Below are positions 9,633 to 18,931 of a stretch of 64,000 nt of DNA, in pieces. The notes under the pieces are model-generated. The model was not told the DNA's origin. It saw only the letters and a program-made list of their open reading frames with translations, and made no database searches. Within the stretch, counting starts at the first letter, position 1. Each line of letters opens with the position of its first letter. A program made the translations under genes and the position numbers. The stretch spans positions 80,096 to 144,095 of the forward strand of contig DATIHJ010000019.1 in NCBI GenBank assembly GCA_035480855.1, read 5' to 3'. This DNA is from Patescibacteria group bacterium. Its GTDB lineage: Bacteria; Patescibacteriota; Saccharimonadia; Saccharimonadales; JANWIN01.

Positions 9633-10207
9633 TGGCTACTAAAACTATTAGCCAAGCTAGGCTAAAACACCAATTTGACAGTGAATTTGCTGCTGCCCTG
9701 CGTAGTGAACTCAAGCTAAAGAATATTCATGAGGTGCCTCGTCTTGAGAAGATTGTCATTAATACCGGACTTGGAAAAGCCAACGATGATAAGAAAATCA
9801 TGGAAGTTGCTACCAACACACTACGCAAAATTACAGGGCAACAACCCGTCCAGACAACTGCTCGTAAATCTATTGCGGCCTTTAAGCTTCGTGAGGGAAA
9901 CAAAATTGGGCTTAAAGTAACACTGCGTGACGAGCGTATGTATGAGTTTATGGACCGTCTAATTAACATCGTTCTTCCTCGCTTACGAGATTTTCACGGC
10001 GTTAGCTTAAAGTCTTTTGATGGCGGTGGTAACTACGCACTAGGCATATCCGACCAATCTGTTTTTCCGGAGCTTAGTTTTGAAGAAACTACATCCTCCC
10101 ACGGTCTACAAGTTATATTTGTTATAAAATCAAAGTCCTCTAAAGAATCTCAGGCACTACTAGAAAAGTTTGGAATGCCATTTGAGAAGGAAGGTAAGGA
10201 GAATTAA
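9632..10207 (+). CDS. rplE: 50S ribosomal protein L5
   Basis: Order and sequence ([12 protein letters not shown]...). Confidence 0.96.
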   Translation: MATKTISQARLKHQFDSEFAAALRSELKLKNIHEVPRLEKIVINTGLGKANDDKKIMEVATNTLRKITGQQPVQTTARKSIAAFKLREGNKIGLKVTLRDERMYEFMDRLINIVLPRLRDFHGVSLKSFDGGGNYALGISDQSVFPELSFEETTSSHGLQVIFVIKSKSSKESQALLEKFGMPFEKEGKEN

Positions 10208-10209
10208 TC

Positions 10210-10479
10210 ATGGCAAAGAAATCTATTGTTATGCGTGATCTAAAGCGCCAGAAAATGATCAAGCAATATGCTGCTAAGCGTGCAGAACTCAAAGAACTTG
10301 GTGACCAGGAGGGATTACACAAACTTCCTCGCAACTCTTCGCCAACCCGTTGGAAGAATCGTTGCCAAGAAACAGGACGTGGCCGTGCATATATGCGTAC
10401 ATTTGGACTAAGTCGCATTTCCTTCCGAGAACATGCCAGTAAGGGTGAGATTCCTGGTGTAACAAAGGCGAGCTGGTAG
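10210..10479 (+). CDS. rpsN: 30S ribosomal protein S14, long zinc-independent (C-) type
   Basis: 89 aa. [25 protein letters not shown] retains only 1 of the 4 Cys of the Zn-ribbon form. Confidence 0.94.
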   Translation: MAKKSIVMRDLKRQKMIKQYAAKRAELKELGDQEGLHKLPRNSSPTRWKNRCQETGRGRAYMRTFGLSRISFREHASKGEIPGVTKASW

Positions 10480-10484
10480 CAAAT

Positions 10485-10886
10485 ATGAGTAGTGTATCAA
10501 CCGATCCCATTGCCGACATGCTATCGCGTATTCGTAACGCCATAGCTGTGCATAAGCACGAAATAAACTTGCCACATTCTAAGGTTAAGGAAGCTGTTGC
10601 ACGCCTGCTTATGGACAATAACTTTATAGACAAAGTTGAAGTTAGCGATGCAGTCGTTGGCAAGACTCTTAATCTCATCTTGAATTCTCCTGAGCGCAAT
10701 GCTCGAATTACTGAAATCGTTCGTTTGAGCACTCCAGGACGCCGACATTATGCTAGCGTGGATGCTATTCCTACTGTCAAGCAGGGTCGTGGACTAGTAA
10801 TATTGTCTACCTCTAGAGGTGTTATGACTGGTAAGCAAGCCAAAGACCAGAATGTTGGTGGCGAATTAATTTGTAAGGTGTATTAA
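10485..10886 (+). CDS. rpsH: 30S ribosomal protein S8
   Basis: DPIADMLSRIRNA motif. Confidence 0.96.
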   Translation: MSSVSTDPIADMLSRIRNAIAVHKHEINLPHSKVKEAVARLLMDNNFIDKVEVSDAVVGKTLNLILNSPERNARITEIVRLSTPGRRHYASVDAIPTVKQGRGLVILSTSRGVMTGKQAKDQNVGGELICKVY

Positions 10887-10894
10887 GGAAGTAT

Positions 10895-11437
10895 ATGAGC
10901 AGGACAGGCAAAATGCCCATTACAATACCGAGCGGTGTCACAGTAGCAATCGATAAAGATGCTGTTACTGTAAATGGCTCAAAAGGTAGTTTGAGCCAGT
11001 TCACAATGCCAGGAATTACTGTTGCCCAGTCTGATGGGATCGTAAATGTCACTCGTGCCAATGATGAGCCTAAGATCAGGTCTAAGCATGGGCTGATGCG
11101 TACACTTATAGACAACATGGTTGTAGGCGTTAGCCAGGGCTTTTCTAAACAGCTAGAGATAAACGGCGTGGGCTATAGAGTTAATCTGTCCGGTAATGAT
11201 CTTACCTTTAACCTCGGTTTTTCTCACGATGTACACTACAAGCTGCCCGAGGGTATAGCCGCTACGGTTGAGCAGAACATTATAACTATTAGCGGCATCA
11301 GCAAACAGCAAGTTGGCCAAGTGTCTGCAGAGATTAGGGCTCTTAAGAAGCCTGAACCATATAAAGGCAAGGGCATATCATATGTTGGCGAGCGCATTAT
11401 CCGTAAGTCTGGCAAATCTGGTAAGGAGAAAGCATGA
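10895..11437 (+). CDS. rplF: 50S ribosomal protein L6
   Basis: [16 protein letters not shown]-terminus. Confidence 0.96.
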   Translation: MSRTGKMPITIPSGVTVAIDKDAVTVNGSKGSLSQFTMPGITVAQSDGIVNVTRANDEPKIRSKHGLMRTLIDNMVVGVSQGFSKQLEINGVGYRVNLSGNDLTFNLGFSHDVHYKLPEGIAATVEQNIITISGISKQQVGQVSAEIRALKKPEPYKGKGISYVGERIIRKSGKSGKEKA

Positions 11438-11790
11438 GTCGTTTAGCCCAAAAATCACAGCACCTTCGTCTCCGTAAGCAGCGTGTGCGCGGCATTGTAT
11501 CTGGTACAACTGCACGACCGCGTCTAAGCGTTTCTATTAGCAACCACCACATAAGTGCACAAATTATTGACGATACTAAGCAAAGCACATTGGCAGCCGT
11601 TACTACTGTTGGCAGCAAAGAAGCATCAGGAAATATGACAGAGCGTGCAGCATGGGTTGGAACCTTGGTCGCAGGGCGCGCCAAGAAAGCTAAAGTTAAA
11701 ACTGTAGTATTTGACCGTAATGGCCGACTATACCACGGTCGCATAAAAGCCTTAGCAGAGGCAGCCCGCAAGGCAGGATTGGAGTTTTAG
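11434..11790 (+). CDS. rplR: 50S ribosomal protein L18
   Basis: ATGA overlap with rpl[20 protein letters not shown] motif. Confidence 0.95.
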   Translation: MSRLAQKSQHLRLRKQRVRGIVSGTTARPRLSVSISNHHISAQIIDDTKQSTLAAVTTVGSKEASGNMTERAAWVGTLVAGRAKKAKVKTVVFDRNGRLYHGRIKALAEAARKAGLEF

Positions 11791-12423
11791 ATGGTAGGAA
11801 CAATGCAGCAAAAACCGCGCAGAGAAGCGAACACCGAGGAAAAGCAATTCGATGAACGCGTAGTGCACATAGACCGAGTTGCTAGGGTAGTTCGTGGCGG
11901 CCGACGTTTCCGTTTTAGAGCACTTGTAGTTATTGGTGATCACAAAAGCCGGGTTGGCATTGGCTCAGCAAAAGGTGCGGATGTAACTGCTGCTGTTACC
12001 AAGGCTGTAGAAGTTGCAAAAAAGCATCTTATTACTATCCCACTATATAAAGACACACTACCTCATGAAGTCGAGGCAAAAGTTGGTGGAGCGGTTATCT
12101 TAATTAAACCAGCCAGCCCTGGTACAGGGCTAATAGCTGGTGGTGTTGTACGGGTTATATTAGAAGTTGGCGGCATAAGCAATGCACTTAGCAAATCGTT
12201 AGGCTCAAGCAACAAAACCAATACAGCTTACGCCACTATTAAAGCCTTGCAGCAAATAGTGCCCGCCAAACAGTGGATTACCCGTCCAGAATCCAAGCCA
12301 AAGACTGCTGAATCTGCTCCTAAGATAGAGGAACAAGCTCCAGCTAAGACGGAACCTGCAAAGAAGACAGTTAAACCGGCAGTCAAGAAAGCAGCTACTA
12401 AGAAAACGAAAGATAAGTCATGA
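11791..12423 (+). CDS. rpsE: 30S ribosomal protein S5 (K/P/A-rich C-terminal tail)
   Basis: RVVRGGRRFRFRALVVIGD motif. Confidence 0.95.
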   Translation: MVGTMQQKPRREANTEEKQFDERVVHIDRVARVVRGGRRFRFRALVVIGDHKSRVGIGSAKGADVTAAVTKAVEVAKKHLITIPLYKDTLPHEVEAKVGGAVILIKPASPGTGLIAGGVVRVILEVGGISNALSKSLGSSNKTNTAYATIKALQQIVPAKQWITRPESKPKTAESAPKIEEQAPAKTEPAKKTVKPAVKKAATKKTKDKS

Positions 12424-12878
12424 AGTATAACGAACTTACACTCAGCACACACCACTCTACTAAACGCGTTGGACGTGGTATTTCCGCAGGCCAGGGTAAA
12501 ACAGCTGGTAGGGGAACCAAGGGCCAAAAATCACGAACTGGTAGTAGCCGGCGCCCTGGGTTTGAAGGCGGCCAGAACCCGCTTATTCAACGTATACCTA
12601 AGCTACGTGGGTTTACTTCACACCGCCAATCTACAGATGCTGTCTATACTGGACAAATCAATGCGTTGACGGGTACTATTGATAACTTCAAGCTTGCAGA
12701 GGCAGGCTTAGTTACCAGCCCACATACGCAGGTAAAGCTTATACTCAAGGGTGAAATTAACAAAAAACTAACCGTTAAGCTTCAATCTGCTAGTAAGTCT
12801 GCTATTGACGCTGTTAAAAAAGCTGGTGGTGAATTCCAGCCAACACCGCGCATAGGCCGCGTTAAAAAAGAAAAGTAA
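12420..12878 (+). CDS. rplO: 50S ribosomal protein L15 (directly follows rpsE, with no L30 gene between them)
   Basis: ATGA overlap with rpsE. GRGISAGQGKTAGRGTKGQKSR motif. Confidence 0.95.
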   Translation: MKYNELTLSTHHSTKRVGRGISAGQGKTAGRGTKGQKSRTGSSRRPGFEGGQNPLIQRIPKLRGFTSHRQSTDAVYTGQINALTGTIDNFKLAEAGLVTSPHTQVKLILKGEINKKLTVKLQSASKSAIDAVKKAGGEFQPTPRIGRVKKEK

Positions 12879-12993
12879 AGTCTTTCTTTATTTAGCGCCC
12901 AGGTCTTGATCAAAGTTTTATTATAGAGCTACAACGCTGGTAGGATGTCCTGTATACTAGAGTACAGATTTTCGAATAAATACGGGGAACAAT

Positions 12994-14493
12994 GTGAACT
13001 GGAAGGTAATTGGGCAGTCAGTCAAAAACAGCGATATGCGCAAGCGCATACTGGCTGTCTTAGGCATGATCTTAGTTTTTCGTATCTTTGCGCACATTCC
13101 CGTACCGCTTAGTGACCCACAAACGCTCCAGCAAGTACTCAAAAATGTCTTTTCTTCTGCGCAAACCCCTCAACTTCTAAGCTTTATTAACGTATTGTCC
13201 GGCGGTGCGCTGGCCAATTTCTCCATTATGTTAGTTGGACTAGGGCCATACATTAACGCATCAATTATCATGCAGCTACTTACCCGGGCAATTCCTAAGC
13301 TTGAAGCACTAAATAATGAAGGTGAGTATGGCCGTAAGAAAATTAACCAGTACACCCGGCTGCTTACATTTCCCTTAGCTATAGTCCAATCTATAGGTGC
13401 CATTTACCTTGTACGCCAAACAGCCTCCAGTATTGGAGGACTAGGTGATATTACAGCCCATACCTCTCTAATGCAGTGGGTGCTGATGGTTGCAGCCTTA
13501 ACCGGTGGAGCGATGATTTTGATGTGGTTAGGAGAACTTATAACCGAACAGGGTATTGGAAACGGAATATCGCTAGTTATTACAGTTGGTATTGTCAGTA
13601 GTCTTCCAAAGACAATTGGGGCTGTGTTTAGTTCTATAACTGCTGGTGGACACAAGATGAAATTATTAGGTCAATCACTACCTTTTAGCTTAAGTGGGTT
13701 TCTCTACATTGTGCTGATCTTATCGATAGTAGTACTGGTAACTGTATTTATTGTGAAACTTAATGAAGCATCCAGGAATGTAACTGTTAACTACGCTAAA
13801 CGTGTGCAAGGCAACCGTACCTATGGTGGCGTAACTACAGTGTTGCCCGTTAAGCTCATCACAGCTGGTGTAATACCTATTATCTTTGCCGTAGCCTTCC
13901 TAAGCGTTCCAAGCTTTGCCGGGCAACTTATGTCAGGTGCCTCTAGTTTGCGGCTGCAAAACATTGGATCGCATTTGTTACGGCTGTTCCAAACGCCAAG
14001 CGCCACTACATTCCAACAGGGGGGCTGGCAGCCCTACCTGTATCCTCTGGTGTACTTCTTGCTCGTCGTGGTATTTACTTACTTTTATACGAGTGTAGCC
14101 TTTAACGCCAAAGAGATAGCAGAGAACCTACAAAAACAGGGAGGATTTATTGCAGATATCCGATCCGGTAAGCAGACAGAAAAGTATCTCAGCAGACTAG
14201 TAAATCGGCTGACTCTTTTTGGAGCTTTGGCTCTAGGATTCTTGGCGCTACTACCAATGGCAGCGCAGATATTTCTAAAGACTAACATTGCTATTGGCGG
14301 CACAAGTATTCTTATTTTGGTATCCGTTGCACTTGAAACACTGCGTCAAATTGAGTCACGTGCACTCATGGTCACATATGACCAATATAGCGAGCCAGAC
14401 TTCTTCTACGACTCGAGTGAGCCTGCCCAAGCCGGCACGGGAGCGCGCCGTTTAAGGTTCTTACCTGGCCGTGGCAAAAAATCTGATAGCTAA
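12994..14493 (+). CDS. secY: Preprotein translocase subunit SecY
   Basis: 499 aa, 10-TM-type profile, RKRILAVLGMILVFRIFAHIPVP N-terminus. GTG start after GGGGA. Confidence 0.95.
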   Translation: MNWKVIGQSVKNSDMRKRILAVLGMILVFRIFAHIPVPLSDPQTLQQVLKNVFSSAQTPQLLSFINVLSGGALANFSIMLVGLGPYINASIIMQLLTRAIPKLEALNNEGEYGRKKINQYTRLLTFPLAIVQSIGAIYLVRQTASSIGGLGDITAHTSLMQWVLMVAALTGGAMILMWLGELITEQGIGNGISLVITVGIVSSLPKTIGAVFSSITAGGHKMKLLGQSLPFSLSGFLYIVLILSIVVLVTVFIVKLNEASRNVTVNYAKRVQGNRTYGGVTTVLPVKLITAGVIPIIFAVAFLSVPSFAGQLMSGASSLRLQNIGSHLLRLFQTPSATTFQQGGWQPYLYPLVYFLLVVVFTYFYTSVAFNAKEIAENLQKQGGFIADIRSGKQTEKYLSRLVNRLTLFGALALGFLALLPMAAQIFLKTNIAIGGTSILILVSVALETLRQIESRALMVTYDQYSEPDFFYDSSEPAQAGTGARRLRFLPGRGKKSDS

Positions 14494-14504
14494 TAAAACT
14501 GTCG

Positions 14505-14513
14505 TGGTATAAT
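14505..14513 (+). promoter_or_regulatory. Consensus extended -10 element TGgTATAAT downstream of secY
   Basis: TG at 14505-06, TATAAT at 14508-13. Weak -35. Confidence 0.4.
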
Positions 14514-14555
14514 AGGCCTAGTATTTACCACGTTCTGCTAAAGTGATAAAACACT

Positions 14556-14584
14556 TTACAAACGGTGGTGGTGTTTGTTATACT
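14556..14584 (+). promoter_or_regulatory. Candidate promoter for infA-rpmJ-rpsM... (TTACAA-17 nt-TGtTATACT)
   Basis: -35 at 14556-61, -10 at 14579-84. A short SD-less leader precedes infA. Confidence 0.45.
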
Positions 14585-14603
14585 TAATTCTTGTTAATAT
14601 TTT

Positions 14604-14825
14604 ATGACTGCCAGTAAAGAGGTTATCGAACTTACAGGGACGGTAGTGGAAACACTACCTGGTACTCAGTTTCGGGTAGAGCTCGAAAACGGGCATAAAA
14701 TAATAGCTCACGTTGCCGGTAAAATGCGAAAGCACTACATCCGCATTGTGCCAGGTGACAGCGTTACGGTCGAGTTGACCCCTTACGATCTTTCGAAGGG
14801 CAGAATCACCTATCGCAAGTCCTAA
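14604..14825 (+). CDS. infA: Translation initiation factor IF-1
   Basis: 73 aa, S1-like fold sequence [32 protein letters not shown]. Confidence 0.96.
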   Translation: MTASKEVIELTGTVVETLPGTQFRVELENGHKIIAHVAGKMRKHYIRIVPGDSVTVELTPYDLSKGRITYRKS

Positions 14826-14869
14826 CCATATTAAGCAGTGAGTCATCACTTATAAGGGAGATGATCCGC

Positions 14870-14986
14870 ATGAAAGTGCGTGCAAGTGTCAAAAAAATTA
14901 GTCCAGACGATAAAATAGTCCGCCGCAAAGGTCGTGTCTATGTAATTAACAAACTTAAACCTAAGCACAAGCAAAGGCAAGGTTAA
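14870..14986 (+). CDS. rpmJ: 50S ribosomal protein L36, cysteine-free variant (not in the ORF track because it is under 60 aa)
   Basis: Hand translation gives [45 protein letters not shown] upstream. Canonical position between infA and rpsM. Confidence 0.9.
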   Translation: MKVRASVKKISPDDKIVRRKGRVYVINKLKPKHKQRQG

Positions 14987-14989
14987 AAC

Positions 14990-15376
14990 GTGGCAAGAAT
15001 TTCTGGAGTAACTATCCCCTCTGACAAGCAAGTACAGATTGCTTTGACTTATGTATATGGTATCGGCCCCAAAACTAGCCAAGATATTTTAGCTGTGGCC
15101 AAAGTACAACCTACTGTACGCGTAAAAGACCTAACAGACGCCGAGATTGGACACATCCAAGAAGTTATTAATGATAAATACATTGTTGAGGGCGAACTAC
15201 AGCGTATAGTTACCGGAAACATTAAACGTCTTAAAGATATAAACGCCTACCGCGGACTGAGACATAAGGCAAGTTTACCTTCTCGTGGACAGCGCACCCG
15301 CACAAACGCTCGTACTCGCCGCGGCAAGAAGATTACTGTTGGTGGAACAGCAAAGAAAGCAGTATCTAAAACCTAG
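14990..15376 (+). CDS. rpsM: 30S ribosomal protein S13
   Basis: (M)ARISGVTIP N-terminus, GTG start. Confidence 0.95.
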   Translation: MARISGVTIPSDKQVQIALTYVYGIGPKTSQDILAVAKVQPTVRVKDLTDAEIGHIQEVINDKYIVEGELQRIVTGNIKRLKDINAYRGLRHKASLPSRGQRTRTNARTRRGKKITVGGTAKKAVSKT

Positions 15377-15384
15377 GAAATAAT

Positions 15385-15855
15385 ATGGCAGAAGAAACCC
15401 CAAAAACTACCGATACAACCGTACCAGCCACCGCTTCTACTGCGGTAGATGATACTGCCGTTGCCGAAAAGCCAGCTACTCCTAAAAAACGTAAAGTTAA
15501 AAGGGCTGTAGCCTCCGGCCAAGTACACGTTTTGGCATCGTTTAACAACACTATCATCACATTTACAGATCCTAAGGGCGGGGTTCTTAGTTGGTCTAGC
15601 GCTGGTAGTTGCGGTTTCCGTGGTTCTAAAAAAGGTACTGCCTATGCCGCCCAAGTGGCTTCAGAAAAAGCCGGCCAAACAGCAAAGCAATTTTATGGAT
15701 TTTCTAAAGCAGATGTTTTTGTCAAAGGTATTGGTCTTGGACGTGATGCAGCCATACGTTCGCTTCAGAATCTAGATATACAAGTAGAGAGCATACACGA
15801 CGTAACTGGCGTACCACATGGTGGCGTACGGCCACGTAAGGCAAGGAGAGTCTAG
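15385..15855 (+). CDS. rpsK: 30S ribosomal protein S11 (T/A/P-rich N-terminal extension)
   Basis: HVLASFNNTIITFTDPKG core. Confidence 0.95.
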   Translation: MAEETPKTTDTTVPATASTAVDDTAVAEKPATPKKRKVKRAVASGQVHVLASFNNTIITFTDPKGGVLSWSSAGSCGFRGSKKGTAYAAQVASEKAGQTAKQFYGFSKADVFVKGIGLGRDAAIRSLQNLDIQVESIHDVTGVPHGGVRPRKARRV

Positions 15856-15856
15856 A

Positions 15857-16477
15857 ATGGCCAGAGACAGATCATCAATAGTTAAAATGAGTCGCCGTGA
15901 AGGCTATGCTCTGCACCCTAAGGCTCATAAAGCGCTTGTAAAGCGCACAACTATGCCAGGCCAGCAGCCAGGTCGTATGTCACGTAATAAGCCCAGCCAG
16001 TATTCGCTGCAGCTTCGTGAAAAGCAAAAGGTTAAGCGATTATATGGCCTATTGGAGCGCCAGTTTAGTAATCTTATGAAAGAAGCTTCTCGTACGAAGG
16101 GCCAATCCGGCCAAGCTCTATTAGTTTTCTTAGAGCAGCGAATGGACAACACTGTTTATCGTAGTGGTTTAGCCATTAGTCGCCGAGCTGCCAGACAACT
16201 AGTAACACATGGACACTTTATGCTGAACGGACGCCGCGTAGACATCCCTTCAATTCGTATCAAACCCGGCGATGTCATAGTTGCGCGCGACCACAGTAAA
16301 CAAACAGAGTATTTCAAACATATTGATGATGTAAGCCCAGCCAGCCCAAATGACATACCAAGCTGGCTCAAGGTCAATCGCAAGAAGTTAGAAATCACGG
16401 TCAGCAGCTTACCCACAAGGGACGATGCTGAACCGGATATAAATGAGCAACTAATTGTGGAATATTATTCACGCTAA
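15857..16477 (+). CDS. rpsD: 30S ribosomal protein S4
   Basis: ATG 15857 follows SD AAGGAGAG (15843-50) and the rpsK stop. The ORF track start at 15818 overlaps rpsK and has no SD. Confidence 0.93.
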   Translation: MARDRSSIVKMSRREGYALHPKAHKALVKRTTMPGQQPGRMSRNKPSQYSLQLREKQKVKRLYGLLERQFSNLMKEASRTKGQSGQALLVFLEQRMDNTVYRSGLAISRRAARQLVTHGHFMLNGRRVDIPSIRIKPGDVIVARDHSKQTEYFKHIDDVSPASPNDIPSWLKVNRKKLEITVSSLPTRDDAEPDINEQLIVEYYSR

Positions 16478-16490
16478 AGGAGGCAGATAC

Positions 16491-17435
16491 ATGTCAAAGA
16501 TTATTCACACCCCGGGACTCGTAGCCATAGACGATCACAGCAAAAGTTCGGCTACATTTACTATAGAGCCACTTCATACTGGTTATGGCATGACGCTAGG
16601 CAACTCACTACGGCGCGTACTGCTGTCTAGTATTGCAGGTGCAGCCATCACCGCCTTTCGCATAGAAGGTGCCTCGCACGAATTTACTACTATCCCTCAC
16701 ATCAAAGAGGATGTGGTAGACATAATGCTAAACCTAAAAGGCATCCGCTTCCGCGTATTTAGCGATGAACCCCAGACACTACGAATTACCAAACAAGGCA
16801 AAGGTGCTATCACAGCTCGTGATATCACTACCAACGCAGATGTTGAAGTAGTAAACAAAGATCACGTTATTGCTACCTTGGACGACGCCAAGGGCAAACT
16901 AGTCATGGACATTGTCGTAGAGACTGGCCGCGGTTACCGGGCCACCGATGAGAACGCTACCCGCAAAAACGCAGATATGATTACACTAGATGCCGTCTTT
17001 AGTCCCGTCACTCGGGTCCGCTACAAGGTTGAGAACACCCGTGTAGGACAAATGACTGACCTTGACCGCCTGCTCATCACAATTGACACCGATGGCTCAC
17101 TAACTCCTCGTGACGCCTTTGAAGAGGCAGCTGCTATCTTAGTCAACCAGTACACTGCTCTAGCTGGCCAAACAAAAGTAGAGGTAAGTGCACCACCAGC
17201 CTCAATAGACAGCATGGGCGGCGAAATTGGCGACAGCGATGAACCACCAGAACTAATGACGCCAATTGAGGATCTAAATCTTTCCGCACGGACAACTAAC
17301 GCGCTTGTAAATAATGAGATCCACACGCTCAAAGACCTATTTAGCCTAAACGATAGTGAATTACGTGAGCTAAAAGGCTTTGGCAACAAAGCGCTTGACG
17401 AAGTTAAAGAGAAAATGGCGGAGCTGGAGCTTTAA
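16491..17435 (+). CDS. rpoA: DNA-directed RNA polymerase subunit alpha
   Basis: ATG 16491 follows SD AAGGAGG (16477-83). N-terminal domain and C-terminal helix-hairpin-helix region (LNLSARTTNAL). Confidence 0.95.
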   Translation: MSKIIHTPGLVAIDDHSKSSATFTIEPLHTGYGMTLGNSLRRVLLSSIAGAAITAFRIEGASHEFTTIPHIKEDVVDIMLNLKGIRFRVFSDEPQTLRITKQGKGAITARDITTNADVEVVNKDHVIATLDDAKGKLVMDIVVETGRGYRATDENATRKNADMITLDAVFSPVTRVRYKVENTRVGQMTDLDRLLITIDTDGSLTPRDAFEEAAAILVNQYTALAGQTKVEVSAPPASIDSMGGEIGDSDEPPELMTPIEDLNLSARTTNALVNNEIHTLKDLFSLNDSELRELKGFGNKALDEVKEKMAELEL

Positions 17436-17438
17436 ACA

Positions 17439-17912
17439 ATGCATAGGCACGGATACCAAGGAAGAAAGTTTCACCGAGAGCAAGGTGAGAGGCTGGCGCT
17501 CATTAAGGGCCTAGCCGATTCTTTGGTTATCTATGAATCTATAGAGACTACTCTGCCTAAGGCCAAAGAACTCCGCCCATATATGGAGCGACTTATTAGT
17601 AAAGCTAAAAACGGAGACTTGCACAGTCGCCGGCTTATTATAGGCAGTCTTCAAACCAAAGCTGCAGCTCACAAGCTAGTAGACGAGATTGCACCAAAGC
17701 TTGGAGCACGAACCAGTGGTTATTTACGTATCGAGCGCACGGGTTTTCGCCGTGGTGACCACGCTGAAACAGCCAGAGTTAGCTTTGTCGATGATCTAAA
17801 GGCAAGCACCAGCAAGCCAATTACTAAGACTGCTGATGTGCCTGCTAAAACTAGCGCCAAACCCGCAACTAAGCGCCCAGCAGCAAAACCTAAGGCAAAG
17901 GCGGCAGCATGA
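17439..17912 (+). CDS. rplQ: 50S ribosomal protein L17 (K/A/P-rich C-terminal tail)
   Basis: MHRHGYQGRKFHRE... L17 N-terminus. Confidence 0.94.
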   Translation: MHRHGYQGRKFHREQGERLALIKGLADSLVIYESIETTLPKAKELRPYMERLISKAKNGDLHSRRLIIGSLQTKAAAHKLVDEIAPKLGARTSGYLRIERTGFRRGDHAETARVSFVDDLKASTSKPITKTADVPAKTSAKPATKRPAAKPKAKAAA

Positions 17913-18352
17913 TGAAGACTTTTAGCATGAAAGGCAGCGATGTCGAACGTGCATGGTACATTTTAGACGCCAGTGAGCTACCGCTTGGCCGACTTGCTAC
18001 AGAGATTGCGAGCCTTCTTATTGGTAAAAGAAAACCAACAGTTACAGCCCACGTAGATGGCGGGGATTATGTTATTGTCATAAATGCCCAAAACTTGGTA
18101 GTAACTGGCGACAAGATGCTTGATAAAAAATATTACAGCCACAGCAGCTATCCTGGTGGACTCAAAACAGCTAGCCTTAGTGAAAAGATTGCTAAAGATC
18201 CAACCCAAGTTATTGTAAAAGCCGTGCGTGGCATGCTACCTGTCAACAAACTTCGTGATGGTCGGTTACTACGACTCAAGGTCTACACAGGAGCAGAACA
18301 TCAGCATGAGGCACAAAAACCGCAATTAATTTCTTTGAAACGGGGCAAATAA
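17909..18352 (+). CDS. rplM: 50S ribosomal protein L13
   Basis: ERAWYILDASELPLGRLAT motif. Confidence 0.95.
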   Translation: MMKTFSMKGSDVERAWYILDASELPLGRLATEIASLLIGKRKPTVTAHVDGGDYVIVINAQNLVVTGDKMLDKKYYSHSSYPGGLKTASLSEKIAKDPTQVIVKAVRGMLPVNKLRDGRLLRLKVYTGAEHQHEAQKPQLISLKRGK

Positions 18353-18750
18353 TGGCAGAGAAGCACTATCATTACGGACTTGGTCGACGCAAAAGCGCAA
18401 CGGCTCGTGTACGTTTACAGAGTGGTAAGGGTGTTATAGTTATCAACGGTAAGCCAGCAGATGAGTATTGGGCCAGCAGTAAAAACCTACTAAACAAGCT
18501 AGAGCAACCTTTTACAGTACTAGAACAAAATAACAAATATGATGTTAGTGCAGTTGTTTCTGGTGGTGGTCCTAATGGCCAGGTAGAGGCTGTACAACTT
18601 GGAATTGCCAAGGCATTGGCTGTTATGAACGAAGACCTTCGTGCCACCCTAAAGCGGGCAGACTTGCTGGGACGTGACCCGCGCGAAAAAGAACGTAAGA
18701 AGTTTGGCCTCAAGGGCGCTCGCAAACAACGCCAGTTTACCAAGCGCTAA
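18352..18750 (+). CDS. rpsI: 30S ribosomal protein S9
   Basis: C-terminal GLKGARKQRQFTKR. Confidence 0.95.
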   Translation: MAEKHYHYGLGRRKSATARVRLQSGKGVIVINGKPADEYWASSKNLLNKLEQPFTVLEQNNKYDVSAVVSGGGPNGQVEAVQLGIAKALAVMNEDLRATLKRADLLGRDPREKERKKFGLKGARKQRQFTKR

Positions 18751-18754
18751 CCCC

Positions 18755-18782
18755 TTGACTTTTCAGCTCCTACTGATAACAT
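18755..18782 (+). promoter_or_regulatory. Promoter TTGACT-16 nt-TGaTAACAT, 6 nt upstream of mini-ORF ATG 18789
   Basis: -35 at 18755-60, TG at 18774-75, -10 at 18777-82. Confidence 0.4.
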
Positions 18783-18788
18783 TTTAGT

Positions 18789-18842
18789 ATGTCCTGTGAC
18801 AAACAAGTATACGCAAAGAACGCCTTTGCCATCCGCAACTAG
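18789..18842 (+). CDS. Candidate leaderless leader peptide, 17 aa (MSCDKQVYAKNAFAIRN)
   Basis: Hand translation. The ATG lies 6 nt after the -10. The stop TAG (18840-42) abuts the antiterminator strand GCGGTT (18842-47). Confidence 0.35.
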   Translation: MSCDKQVYAKNAFAIRN

Positions 18843-18890
18843 CGGTTGACTTACTTGTTACGCCCCACAAGACACCATAGCAAGAAAAGT

Positions 18891-18914
18891 AAACCGCCCG
18901 GAAGGCGGTTTTTT
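18891..18914 (+). terminator. Intrinsic terminator AAACCGCC-CGGAA-GGCGGTTTTTT (end of the ribosomal operon and/or attenuator of the pheA-like gene)
   Basis: 8-bp GC-rich stem (18891-98 / 18904-11) plus a T6 tract. SD GAGGAG and ATG 18932 follow. Confidence 0.75.
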
Positions 18915-18931
18915 AACCCCGAGGAGTATTA

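Noticed and set aside
15818-15856. Longer N-terminal starts offered by the ORF track for rpsD (15818), rpoA (16455), rplA (32212), the VOC protein (57218), the methyltransferase (56117), the 72-aa orphan (39409), rpsS (6623) and the small membrane protein (3334).
   Set aside because: In each case a downstream ATG or GTG has a proper SD or the -10 + 7 nt leaderless geometry, and it restores the canonical N-terminus. The longer versions overlap upstream genes or regulatory helices.
18891-18914. The CCGGAAGG in the hairpin loop resembles the GGAA tetraloop region of SRP (4.5S) RNA.
   Set aside because: The flanking conserved SRP domain IV sequence (…GGUCCGGAAGGAAGCAGCC…) and its internal loops are absent. 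The hairpin plus T tract is a plain intrinsic terminator.
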